A stretch of DNA of 64,000 nucleotides from Gammaproteobacteria bacterium (lineage in GTDB: Bacteria; Pseudomonadota; Gammaproteobacteria; CBDBNL01; JAAOII01). The stretch spans positions 448,001-512,000 of the forward strand of contig OZ242372.1 of NCBI GenBank assembly GCA_965209035.1, given 5' to 3'. A model generated the notes under the pieces. It had not been told where the DNA came from, did no database searches, and saw only the letters and a list, made by a program, of their open reading frames with translations. The position numbers were made by a program, and so were the translations under genes. Positions 1-9,416 of this stretch are shown piece after piece (the first letter of the stretch is position 1; every line of letters starts with the position of its first letter).

Positions 1-105
1 TTTGACAGGAAGCGCCAATGCCTCGCTTTTGCCCGGTAAGTGCAAAAGAGCCTCTTGCTCCGCCCCGCCTTTCTTGTCGTTGTTTTTGAATGTCTTTGTA
101 TTCAT
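1..105 (-). CDS. 5' end of a CDS running off the window, possibly citrate synthase
   Basis: ATG at 105 preceded by an AAGGAG RBS. Reads MNTKTFKNNDKKGGAEQEALLHLPGKSEALALPVK, loosely like the N-terminus of proteobacterial type II citrate synthase. Only 35 codons are visible. Confidence 0.4.
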   Translation of the reverse strand, partial: MNTKTFKNNDKKGGAEQEALLHLPGKSEALALPVK

Positions 106-468
106 TGTTTTTCTCTCCTTAAATAATGCTTTAATTATACAACATAACAGAGCAATAAAAATCGTGTAAAAATCGCGTGATCCGTTCAAAAAATACAAAT
201 ACTCTGTTCAATTTTTAAATAAATAAAATAAAGGGAATGCGAGTAATAAAACCATTATTTTATCAAGGCATCGTGTGAGTATTTTTTGTATGATCGTTGA
301 TTGCCAAAAAAATTAAATTCACCGGTTATTAACCGATTTCCGGGATTTTACCTTTCATAAAGGGCATAATGCTTTTGTGTTTGCTTTGAAATTTTTGTAA
401 GGTTTCCAAGCAGACATCGGTTGGCTTATGTATGAAAAAGTGATAAGAAACAAACTATCAATCTATTA

Positions 469-1431
469 ATGTTAATGTCAAAAAAAATACTGATATGTCT
501 TCTCGCCTGGCAATGGATGCTCGGCGTTCCCGCCGTCTACGCGGAAGACTTAAAAACCTATGAAAAAGTTCGCGGCATAGCCGGCAACCTTTCCGGCGTT
601 GGCTCGGACACCCTGGCAAACCTGATGACACTCTGGGCGGAGGAGTTCACAAAACTCTACCCGAGTGTTAATGTGCAAATACAAGCGGCCGGTTCTTCCA
701 CCGCCCCGCCGGCACTGATTGAGGGGAGTTCCAACTTCGGGCCTATGAGCCGTCGGATGAAGGACAAAGAAATTGCCGACTTTGAAAAAAAATTTGGCTA
801 TAAGCCGACGGGTATCCCGGTTGCCATAGACGCTTTGGTGATTTTTGTTCACAAGGATAACCCGATTGCCGGGCTCTCTTTGAAGCAAGCGGATGCTATT
901 TTTTCATCCACCCGCAATTGCGGCGCCAAAAGCGATATCCGTGTGTGGGGGGCGGCGGGGCTCACGGGAGATTGGGAGCACAAGCCGATTGAACTCTTTG
1001 GACGCAACTCGGCTTCCGGAACCTACGGTTACTTCAAGAATGCCGCACTTTGCAAGGGGGATTACAAATCTTCGGTTAACGAACAACCCGGTTCTTCATC
1101 CGTTGTCCAATCCGTTGGTACCACTTTGAACGGCATCGGATATTCGGGCATCGGCTACAGGACCTCTTCGGTGCGTGCCCTGCCCCTGTCCAAAACCGGC
1201 ACAAACTATATTGAAGCGACAGCGGAAAACGCCGCATCGGGTAAGTATCCTTTGGCACGTTTTCTGTATGTTTATGTCAACAAGCAGCCCGGCAAGCCGC
1301 TGCCACCTTTGGAAAGAGAGTTTATCAAAATGGTGTACTCCATACTCGGACAAGAAGTTGTTGTAAAAGACGGTTATGTTCCTTTAAGTGCAAGGATTAC
1401 CAACAAGTATCTGAAGGAACTCGGCATATAA
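469..1431 (+). CDS. pstS: Phosphate ABC transporter substrate-binding protein PstS
   Basis: Signal peptide; motifs [32 protein letters not shown] and [13 protein letters not shown] are typical of PstS. Confidence 0.93.
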   Translation: MLMSKKILICLLAWQWMLGVPAVYAEDLKTYEKVRGIAGNLSGVGSDTLANLMTLWAEEFTKLYPSVNVQIQAAGSSTAPPALIEGSSNFGPMSRRMKDKEIADFEKKFGYKPTGIPVAIDALVIFVHKDNPIAGLSLKQADAIFSSTRNCGAKSDIRVWGAAGLTGDWEHKPIELFGRNSASGTYGYFKNAALCKGDYKSSVNEQPGSSSVVQSVGTTLNGIGYSGIGYRTSSVRALPLSKTGTNYIEATAENAASGKYPLARFLYVYVNKQPGKPLPPLEREFIKMVYSILGQEVVVKDGYVPLSARITNKYLKELGI

Positions 1432-1654
1432 TCAGCCGCCGTACGGCCGCACGGCCGCACGGCCGCACGAAGGTGCCACAAAATCGCAAAAGGTTTTTAT
1501 GCTAACATCCGAGGATGTTCCGCTTGCGGGCGGTGTCCTCTCTTTTTACCTTTGCTACTTTTTTTGAGGGAGAAGTAACGCACAAAGACTTTCATCTCAC
1601 ATCCTTCTCCTCTTCCCCCCCCCTACTTTCCCGTCCGCATCCTGCGGAAAGTCG

Positions 1655-2521
1655 TCAGACGGATGCGGGCGGCACCGATGGCACGGATAAAAGATCTTTC
1701 AGTTCTTCAAAAAGATGAGTGTTTGAAACCAGCAAAGAAGTCGGGCCGGAATAAATTGCGTCTCCGCTTTCCAGCATCCCACCGATTTGACCGACAAACA
1801 ATTCGGCAACTTCAATGAGTTCCGGCGACAGAGACATCCCGTAAAAGATATCCAAACGACCGGCGGCACAATCCAAAAAATCCAAGAACCAAGAACCGCT
1901 ATTGACAAATCCGCCTGTAACACCTAGTAATTGGATCGCAATCGGCGGTGGCAATTCGGCGGCTGACACCGGGTCTTTTCTCGTCCCCCTTTCACCGGTA
2001 TTTTCTTTGTCCAAGGCGGGTTCTGCGTGTCGCCGCCGGACGAGAATATCCCGGGAAACATCCCGGACAGATGACACATGCAATGCCAATAACGCGGTTC
2101 TTAAATCTTTCTTGACGGAGAAATGCATTCTCTTGGCCTTTTCAAAGGCTCCGCGCTTTGCCAAAGCCACAAAAAAATTGCCCGTATGCGGTTCAAATAC
2201 CAGGGCCTTATGAATCTTCCCCCTGAGGTAACCCGCCACACAAAAAGACCAACGCGGCAAACCGCGCAAAAAGACCTGTTCCTCGGGAATAAGATGAGCG
2301 CACCAGGTATAGCCTTCCGTATCTATGTCCGCCGGCCGCAGGGCGTACTTGTCCGATGTGAAAACAGCGTTAATTTTGTCGCCCAGTTGTTCGTTCATAT
2401 CGGCGCGGAGTACGGACAAGGATTCCGCAGTCTGATCGCCGCGCATCTGGGCGACGATCGTCCTGCCGCCCAGGGCGCGCAGGAATTGACTGACCATATT
2501 TAAAGAAGGATCCGGAATCAC
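1655..2521 (-). CDS. Divergent inositol monophosphatase family protein (SuhB-like), catalytic motifs lost
   Basis: Colinear with SuhB (F.A..RGA, GS..LD...AAGR.D.F, ..GG). DPLDGT is replaced by HLIPEE and WD by EL. GTG start at 2521 was chosen by analogy with the SuhB N-terminus. Confidence 0.7.
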   Translation of the reverse strand: MIPDPSLNMVSQFLRALGGRTIVAQMRGDQTAESLSVLRADMNEQLGDKINAVFTSDKYALRPADIDTEGYTWCAHLIPEEQVFLRGLPRWSFCVAGYLRGKIHKALVFEPHTGNFFVALAKRGAFEKAKRMHFSVKKDLRTALLALHVSSVRDVSRDILVRRRHAEPALDKENTGERGTRKDPVSAAELPPPIAIQLLGVTGGFVNSGSWFLDFLDCAAGRLDIFYGMSLSPELIEVAELFVGQIGGMLESGDAIYSGPTSLLVSNTHLFEELKDLLSVPSVPPASV

Positions 2522-2580
2522 AGCAGTTGCTTTGCTTTTAAAATAAAAATAAAACTTTTTTCGGCAAGAAGAAGACTTTC

Positions 2581-4137
2581 TTACCCAAGACCATAGGCGA
2601 GACCATAGATCGGTGCGACCCAATCAATCTCAATCCCTGTTCCTTTCTTGCAAACAAACTCGGGTAACACACCCAAGTTGGCAAGTGCCGCCAATTCGTC
2701 ATTAATATATATCATAGGCAACCAAGGGCGCAGCCAAGGCGGGACCTGTGCTTCTTGCAAGAGTTTTTTCAAAGTTCTGCTTCCATCTCTGCCAGCCAAA
2801 CGGAATCTATCGCCTTGGGAAGAATGGTGATCGTAATGAACCGGAACGGGATGCTTAACCAGGACCCTTTCCCCTTTTGCCGGAGGGCGCATTCCCTTGT
2901 CTTGCACAGCCCTAAGCCGCAGTTGCCCCGGAAAAGGATATTCTTCTGTTGTGTCATCCATCTTTGCGATCACTGCCGCGGTGTCGGTCTTTTTGTCGGC
3001 GGCATGGTTCGCAAGCAAACAACGGGCTGTCTCTGTGATCTCGACGGCGGCCTGTCGCTCCGTATCGGGCAATACCAAAGGAGGCATCGCATACAGATAC
3101 TTTTTGTACTGACGAATGCTCCCCGCTTCCCATTCCAACAGGAGGGCGGTATCCGATTTGGTATTCAGTCTTCGCCGGCACTCGTCAAACGCTGCCCGCG
3201 CGGGAGGCGGCAACCGGCATGCTCGCAACCAGGCAAGCAGAGTTTCCGTCCGCTCAACCTCGGGCAAAAGCAGCAAGAGTTCCAAAGACAAAGGCCTTCC
3301 TTTTTTTCCGCCGATACCATCCCGCCCGCCAAAGAGGGTATCATGGTAGGCATCCGCCGCCTCGCGCTGGGCGGCAAGACGCTCCGCGGCAAATGCCAAG
3401 TTCCGCGATGCGCCGCCCCATTTCTTCTTTAGGACGGGTAGCACCCGGTGTCGGATGTAGTTGCGTTCGTGTCTCGGATCCGCATTAGTCGGGTCGGCAA
3501 GATATCGCAATGCGCGCAGCCGCAGGTATGCGCGCATACTTTCTTCGCTCAAATTTAAAAAAGGACGCAATAAGAAAGACGAACTCCGTTCACCCAAATT
3601 CTGTGCCGAAACCAACGGACGCTTCAACGGCATGCCGCTCGGATTCCCGCGCATCAATTGCAACAACAGAGTCTCGGCTTGATCCTCCATATGATGTGCC
3701 AACAATAAGACCGAACCGGGCGGAAGTTCGTCGCGCCAAACGGCATACCTGCCTCTGCGGGCTGCCATCTCCGCGCTTTCTTTGCCCGGCACCGTGAGTT
3801 TGAGAGATGAAACAACCAAAGGGACATTCAATTCCGCACAAACCTGTCGACAGTGTGTCGCCCATTCATCCGAGCGGGGCGTGAGACCATGATTGATGTG
3901 CCAGGCGCGCAGGTCTGTCCCGGACAAGTAATTTTTCGTTTTTGAGGGGGCGGGTGTTTCGCCGCTATTCGGCAAGTCTTTCTGTTCCCGGGCGGCCTGC
4001 CATACAGCGGCGGTAGCATACAACAAGGCGGTGGAATCCTTTCCGCCACTGAATGCCACATAAAAGATGCGCCGGCCGGCCGCGTGTTGTTCGATCGCGT
4101 CGCGCAGATGCAATTCCAATGGCAATAATTCTCTCAT
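2581..4137 (-). CDS. tilS: tRNA(Ile)-lysidine synthetase
   Basis: PP-loop AFSGGKDS, HINHGL, AHHMEDQAETLLL, DPTN..RNYIRH and the C-terminal LKKLLQEAQVPPWLR domain. Confidence 0.93.
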   Translation of the reverse strand: MRELLPLELHLRDAIEQHAAGRRIFYVAFSGGKDSTALLYATAAVWQAAREQKDLPNSGETPAPSKTKNYLSGTDLRAWHINHGLTPRSDEWATHCRQVCAELNVPLVVSSLKLTVPGKESAEMAARRGRYAVWRDELPPGSVLLLAHHMEDQAETLLLQLMRGNPSGMPLKRPLVSAQNLGERSSSFLLRPFLNLSEESMRAYLRLRALRYLADPTNADPRHERNYIRHRVLPVLKKKWGGASRNLAFAAERLAAQREAADAYHDTLFGGRDGIGGKKGRPLSLELLLLLPEVERTETLLAWLRACRLPPPARAAFDECRRRLNTKSDTALLLEWEAGSIRQYKKYLYAMPPLVLPDTERQAAVEITETARCLLANHAADKKTDTAAVIAKMDDTTEEYPFPGQLRLRAVQDKGMRPPAKGERVLVKHPVPVHYDHHSSQGDRFRLAGRDGSRTLKKLLQEAQVPPWLRPWLPMIYINDELAALANLGVLPEFVCKKGTGIEIDWVAPIYGLAYGLG

Positions 4138-4442
4138 GCGGAAAGTAACGGGAAAATGAATGGGGCCAATACGGCGTCACTTCTTTGCGGCGCAGATTCC
4201 GCATCCCGTGAGGAAGTTAAAATATCCTGCGATGCCCAAAACAATAGGAAAAATATCATCGGTAAAAGTTGTTGAAGTGCATCTTCTCGCGTTTTCTTAC
4301 ATCATACAACAACCGAACAGCAGCGAAACAACAGCGGAATTCGGTTTGCGAAGATTAGGACCGGAAGGGGATCAAGGGGCTCGCCTGTCCGGTGCCGAGA
4401 GTAACCGGAACACACCGGGGGCTTTTTTTCGTTTTTGGTTTG

Positions 4443-4451
4443 TGCTATAAT
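4443..4451 (+). promoter_or_regulatory. Extended -10 promoter element upstream of tctC
   Basis: TGCTATAAT (TGn-TATAAT) about 85 bp before the tctC ATG. Confidence 0.5.
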
Positions 4452-4534
4452 TGGTTCTTGTAACAAGCGGGATCGCAATGTGCGGCCTGCAATTTATTAT
4501 TAACTTTAAATATAAAAACATATATACATAAAAA

Positions 4535-5515
4535 ATGAAATACTCTTATATTAAAAAACTGATGGCACTTGTTGTATCCTGTGCCCTTGTCCTTTCTCCC
4601 GTATCCATGGCGGCGGTGACCAATGTTCACTTCCTCATACCTGGAGGCGCCGGTGGCGGCTGGGACGGAACTGCACGCGGTGTCGGCAAGGCACTGACTG
4701 ATGCGGGCTTGCTGAAGCGGGCATCTTATCAAAATCTGTCCGGCGGTGGCGGCGGTGTTGCCATTGCCAACCTCATTAAAACTGCGAAGACAAAGAAAGC
4801 AAAACGAACTCTGATGGTGAACTCTACGCCGATCATCGTTCGTTCCTTATCCAAGGTGTTTCCGCAATCTTTTCGCGATCTCGTCCCCGTTGCGGGTGTG
4901 ATTGCCGACTTCCAGGCTCTGGTTGTTGTCACCAAATCCAAGTACAACAATTTTGGACAGGTGGTGCGTGATTTCAAACGCGACCCGAAGAGTGTGAAGG
5001 TGGCGGGCGGCTCCAGTGCCGGCAGTTTGGATCACATTTCCGCCGCGTTGGCCTTTCAGGCTGCGGGGCAGGAACCGACCAAAATGATCTATGTTCCCTA
5101 TGATGCGGGCGGCGATGCCATGGCGGCTCTCCTTTCCGGGGAAACGGCACTCCTTTCCACCGGCTTAAGCGAAGCCCTGGAACTGTCGCGTGCGGGCACA
5201 GTGCGTATTCTGGCTTCCACCGCACCGGCAAGAATTGCCGATGCGCCGGAAATCCCCACGCTCAAAGAGCAAGGATATGATGTGGAATTCGCTAACTGGC
5301 GCGGCTTCTTTGCCGCTCCCGGCACACCCGCGAGCCAGGTAGCGGAATATAACGCGCTTCTCAGCAAAATGTACGACACTCCCCAATGGGAAGAAGTGCG
5401 CAGCAGAAACGGCTGGGTGAACAACTATGTCGCAGGTCCGGACGATTTCTATCAATTCTTGGAAAACCAAGAAAAAGAAGTCGGCGCCCTTCTGCGTCAG
5501 CTGGGTCTGTTGTAA
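4535..5515 (+). CDS. tctC: Tripartite tricarboxylate transporter substrate-binding protein
   Basis: Signal peptide; PGGAGGGWDGTAR, PTLKEQG and NWRGFFAAPG motifs of the Bug/TctC family. Confidence 0.92.
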   Translation: MKYSYIKKLMALVVSCALVLSPVSMAAVTNVHFLIPGGAGGGWDGTARGVGKALTDAGLLKRASYQNLSGGGGGVAIANLIKTAKTKKAKRTLMVNSTPIIVRSLSKVFPQSFRDLVPVAGVIADFQALVVVTKSKYNNFGQVVRDFKRDPKSVKVAGGSSAGSLDHISAALAFQAAGQEPTKMIYVPYDAGGDAMAALLSGETALLSTGLSEALELSRAGTVRILASTAPARIADAPEIPTLKEQGYDVEFANWRGFFAAPGTPASQVAEYNALLSKMYDTPQWEEVRSRNGWVNNYVAGPDDFYQFLENQEKEVGALLRQLGLL

Positions 5516-5556
5516 CCTCAAAAGACCTTACGGCTTCTCGTTGTCGCGAGAAGAAC

Positions 5557-5586
5557 AAAGGCTGTCTTTGCGGACAGCCTTTTTTT
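5557..5586 (+). terminator. Rho-independent terminator between convergent tctC and tctA
   Basis: AAAGGCTGTC-tttgcg-GACAGCCTTT followed by a T-run. Confidence 0.8.
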
Positions 5587-5634
5587 GTGGGCTGTAAAGG
5601 AGTGTGTTTTTTGTTCTTGCGGCTTCTACGACTT

Positions 5635-7149
5635 CTATGCCACTCGATCTCGTCTTTGCTGCACTTGGCTCATCACAAAAGAAACAATCGGGTACAGAAT
5701 AATCAACAGGGTGAATATGTTGATGACAAGAGAAATGGGCCTGTCCCACAGGAAAGAAACCGAGCCGTCATTAATGGTGAGTGCGCGGCGCAAGTTGCCT
5801 TCCATGAGGGTTCCCAAAATGAATCCCATGAGCATCGGCGCCATAGGAAAATCCAATAGTCGCAGTAAGATTGCAAAGACCGCAATGACCACCATCAATT
5901 GCAAATCAAATGTATTGAAAGAAATCAGATAAACGCCTATCAGGGAAAAGAAAATGACCAACGGCACCAGGAATTGGCGCGGGACATACAGCAGACGCGC
6001 GATATAAGGGATCAACGGCAAGTTAAGGACAAACAGAATGATGTTGCCCACATACATTGAAATGATCACCGACCAAAAAATCTCGGGGTTATCGGTAAAC
6101 AATCGGGGGCCGGGTTGAATGCCGAAGGACAACAAGGCGCCGAGCATGATCGCGGTGGTGCCGGATCCGGGAATACCGAGGGTGAGCAGCGGAACAAACG
6201 AGCCGGTGCAGGCGGCATTATTTGCGGTTTCCGGTGCCGCCAACCCGCGCAGACTGCCCTTGCCAAACTCTTTTTTGTACTTGGCGGAAGATATGTTGCG
6301 CTCTATGCCGTAAGCCAAAAAACTGGCAATGGTCGCGCCCGCACCCGGCAAAACACCGACAAAAAAGCCAAGAACGGAGGAACGCGCGATAGTGGGCGTA
6401 ATCTCTCGCACTTCCCGTTTCCCAAGTTTTAGACTGCCGAGGCTTGTCTGTTCTTGGCCGGTAAAACTGTCGGCACGCTTGAGAATGTTCATCACCGCCT
6501 CCGCCAATGCAAAAGTTGCCATTGCCAATAGCAAAAAACTGATCCCGTCCACCAGATTCGTGGTGCCGAAAGTAAACCTTTGCACGCCGCTGTTACGATC
6601 TGTCCCGATAGTTGCCAGCATTAATCCGAGGATGGTTGCCAGGATAGCGCGCAGGTATTGCCCGCGCCCGCCAAAGGCGGCAACCGCGGTGAGACCCAAC
6701 ACCATCAAACAAAAATAATCCGCAGACTGAAAACTGATGGCGACTTGCGCCAAAGCCGGAGCGGCAAACAACAGAAAAACTGTGGCGATGGTCCCGCCGG
6801 AAAATGAAGCGTAGGCCGCGATGGCAAGCGCCTTACCGGGAAACCCTTTTTTTGCCAGAGGGTAGCCGTCAAAAGAAGTGGCGACCGTGCCGGCAACCCC
6901 CGGGGCGTTGATGAGAATAGACGAAGTGGAGCCGCCAAATATGGCACCATAGTAAACACCCGCCATTAGAATCATGCCGGATGCCGGGTCAAAACTATAG
7001 GTGATGGGAATCATCAAGGCGATGGCGGATATGGGGCCCAAGCCGGGCAGCAATCCGATAAAGGTTCCCACAAAACACCCTAACACCACCATCGCCAGGT
7101 TTGTCGGCATAAATACCGTGGTCAACCCGATGGATATACCTTCCCACAT
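5635..7149 (-). CDS. tctA: Tripartite tricarboxylate transporter large membrane subunit
   Basis: GLLPGLGP, YYGAIFGGS, PETANNAA and LLTLGIPGS motifs; 504 aa polytopic protein. Confidence 0.93.
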   Translation of the reverse strand: MWEGISIGLTTVFMPTNLAMVVLGCFVGTFIGLLPGLGPISAIALMIPITYSFDPASGMILMAGVYYGAIFGGSTSSILINAPGVAGTVATSFDGYPLAKKGFPGKALAIAAYASFSGGTIATVFLLFAAPALAQVAISFQSADYFCLMVLGLTAVAAFGGRGQYLRAILATILGLMLATIGTDRNSGVQRFTFGTTNLVDGISFLLLAMATFALAEAVMNILKRADSFTGQEQTSLGSLKLGKREVREITPTIARSSVLGFFVGVLPGAGATIASFLAYGIERNISSAKYKKEFGKGSLRGLAAPETANNAACTGSFVPLLTLGIPGSGTTAIMLGALLSFGIQPGPRLFTDNPEIFWSVIISMYVGNIILFVLNLPLIPYIARLLYVPRQFLVPLVIFFSLIGVYLISFNTFDLQLMVVIAVFAILLRLLDFPMAPMLMGFILGTLMEGNLRRALTINDGSVSFLWDRPISLVINIFTLLIILYPIVSFVMSQVQQRRDRVA

Positions 7150-7218
7150 GATGCTTTATTCGATGCTTTATTCTCTGTTTATCGGTGCCGACATCGGCAA
7201 CATCGCTAACATCGATTA

Positions 7219-7713
7219 TTACCCGACATCAAGCCAACTCGTAAACAAAAACCCCGGGTCTATGTATATCCCGAGCAAGTAATTGAGTAACAGCCAAAAA
7301 ATGACAATTAAAACGGATGAAACAGCAAGCATCCGCAACCAATGACGCTCTCCCAAGATGTAAAAACCCGCGTTAAGGAACAAGAAGGTGGCAATAAAAA
7401 AACCGAGTAAATTAAAAACAAGAGCGTAAGCGAACATACACAAAAATAACATTCCGGTGGAACGCCAATCCATTTTTTTGAGACGCTTAACAAAAGACGG
7501 ATCCTCATCCGGCAGGACGAGTAATAATAAGGAGGCGACTATGCCGGCCGCACTCAAAGCAATTGGGAAGGTTTGAGCGGTAAAGACTTCCAGGTGAGCA
7601 GAGAATATCCGAATTTGGAAAGCCTGCCAACCGTAAAACAACGACAGGATCAAAAAGAAGAAACCGCCGATGAGTTTTTTGAGACTGGCGGGTTTGGAGT
7701 GATTGACTTGCAT
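7219..7713 (-). CDS. tctB: Tripartite tricarboxylate transporter small membrane subunit
   Basis: 164 aa with 4-5 TM helices and LGFFIAT; directly upstream of tctA. Confidence 0.85.
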   Translation of the reverse strand: MQVNHSKPASLKKLIGGFFFLILSLFYGWQAFQIRIFSAHLEVFTAQTFPIALSAAGIVASLLLLVLPDEDPSFVKRLKKMDWRSTGMLFLCMFAYALVFNLLGFFIATFLFLNAGFYILGERHWLRMLAVSSVLIVIFWLLLNYLLGIYIDPGFLFTSWLDVG

Positions 7714-7799
7714 TGCCTTTAATTATACTTGATAACTGTCCGAGCAATTAGCCGCATTTAATAAGTTGAATCAACGAAAGGACCCGCAGTGATATGGGA

Positions 7800-7856
7800 G
7801 TTTGGGGATTTGAAGTATCGGGTTTAGTCGGTTTGGGGATTTGAAGTATCGGGTTT
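7800..7856. repeat. 26-bp direct repeat x2 (31-bp period)
   Basis: GTTTGGGGATTTGAAGTATCGGGTTT at 7800 and 7831. Confidence 0.9.
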
Positions 7857-7935
7857 GGCCGGTTTCCGATGTTATTTATAGAGGTTATAGTTATAGAGGT
7901 TATTAGAGCTATTTGGGTTATTTGGGCAAAAAAAA

Positions 7936-8052
7936 TGCTTGACGATGTCCTACTCTCGCATGGAAAAACCACACTACCATCGGCGAAAGACCGTTTCACT
8001 TCTGAGTTCGGAATGGGATCAGGTGGGACCAATCTTCTATTGTCGTCAAGCA
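7936..8052 (-). rRNA. rrf: 5S ribosomal RNA (not linked to 16S/23S)
   Basis: The reverse strand contains CCACCTGATCCCATTCCGAACTCAGAAGTGAAACG...GCCGATGGTAGTGTGG...CCATGCGAGAGTAGG with terminal helix TGCTTGACGA/TCGTCAAGCA; 117 nt. Confidence 0.96.
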
Positions 8053-8226
8053 AGATTTATTATAAGGACATCCGCATCAAATACTACTATTTTGATAAAA
8101 AAGAAGTTATTTTTACTTTTTGATTAATAAACATCCGGGTATGGATGCGATATCGCGGTTCAACACACTGCCGTAAGAAAAAACCAATCTCCCGGCAAGT
8201 TACGAAAAGGTTTTAGGTCTTAAGTA

Positions 8227-9126
8227 TTAGGTCTTTTTTATGCCGATAAACCGGAGAGAATTTTCGGTGGTCTGTTTGGCAAGATGTTCAACAGTCGTGT
8301 TAAGAACAGCGGCCAGGGCGGCAATGATATGCGGCAAGTATGCCGGCTCGTTGCGTGCGCTCCTGTTTTTGAGACTGCGCGGGACCAAGTAAGGGGCGTC
8401 CGTTTCCACCAACAATTTTTCCGGCGGCACAGTCGCCACCAGGTCGCGCAGATGAAGGCCGCGTCTTTCATCACAGAGCCAGCCGGTGATGCCAATATAA
8501 GCCCCCAGTTCCAAATAGGCGGACAATTCGGATGCCCGACCGGTGAAGCAGTGAACGACAAAGCCGGGCAGTTTTTCGGCGTAGGCGGAGAGGATCTCTG
8601 TAAAATCCGTATGTGCATCTCGCTGATGTAAGAATGCGGGCATTTGCAATTCAGCCGCCAATTCCAACTGGGCGATAAACACTTCTCGCTGCAGGTCTCG
8701 CGGCGAGAAGTCACGGGCATAATCCAACCCGGTCTCTCCTATGGCAACACAATCTTGCCGCGCTGCCAGGGCACGCAAAGCGGCGGCATGACCCTGTTGC
8801 CAGGTTTTGGCCGCATGCGGGTGAACGCCGGCCGTGCCGTACAGGCGAGGGAGGAAGTCATCCGCGGTGTGATGCTCTGCGGGACAGTCCGCGGCAGCCG
8901 AATGTGGCTTTTTAAGAGATTTAAGATGGGGGGACCGGAACGAATGGGACCGACAATACTCGTCAATAATTTTTGGAATGCGTGCGCTATCGTCCAGGTC
9001 AACCGCACAAATTAATGCGCCCACGAGACCTTTGGAGATGGCTCGCCGGAGCACCGCATCCCTGTCCCGGGCAAACGCATCGTGTGTAAGATTGAGACAA
9101 CAATCAAAAAATTGAATTTCCGACAT
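8227..9126 (-). CDS. tatD: TatD family nuclease/hydrolase
   Basis: GVHPH, AIGETGLDY, LHQRDA, VHCFTG, ETDAPYL and RNEP motifs. Confidence 0.92.
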   Translation of the reverse strand: MSEIQFFDCCLNLTHDAFARDRDAVLRRAISKGLVGALICAVDLDDSARIPKIIDEYCRSHSFRSPHLKSLKKPHSAAADCPAEHHTADDFLPRLYGTAGVHPHAAKTWQQGHAAALRALAARQDCVAIGETGLDYARDFSPRDLQREVFIAQLELAAELQMPAFLHQRDAHTDFTEILSAYAEKLPGFVVHCFTGRASELSAYLELGAYIGITGWLCDERRGLHLRDLVATVPPEKLLVETDAPYLVPRSLKNRSARNEPAYLPHIIAALAAVLNTTVEHLAKQTTENSLRFIGIKKT

Positions 9127-9416
9127 ATGGTTTTATTTTTTTATTTTAATGACACGATGACTCGGAAGTTCCGGGGAGGTATGAAAAATAAACCCACTCC
9201 GGAAGTAAAACAACAGATGTCAAGCGGCAGCCGGCGACAATGAACATTGTTTGAACATGGCTCCTCAATTTTTTTAATTCGCTTAGTCAGGCCGTTCAGA
9301 CCGTATTGTCTTTTGTCTTTTTATCCGGGCCGGGTTTGTATGTAGATTTATGCGGCTTTATGTGGCCTTATAGATATTTGGGTCGCGCGCTCTTATTTTT
9401 TAATGTTATTAAATGT

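Noticed and set aside
345-375. Pho box upstream of pstS
   Set aside because: CTTTCAT...GGCAT lacks the 11-bp spacing and a good second half-site.
4355-4423. SRP RNA (ffs) or 6S RNA
   Set aside because: AGGACCGGAAGG resembles the SRP loop but the following AGCAG is missing, and there is no long closing stem for either RNA.
7748-8127. Short ORFs on both strands
   Set aside because: They overlap the 5S rRNA gene and low-complexity repeats.
9175-9243. 20-codon ORF after GGAGGT upstream of tatD
   Set aside because: There is no spacing between the RBS-like motif and the ATG, and no other support.
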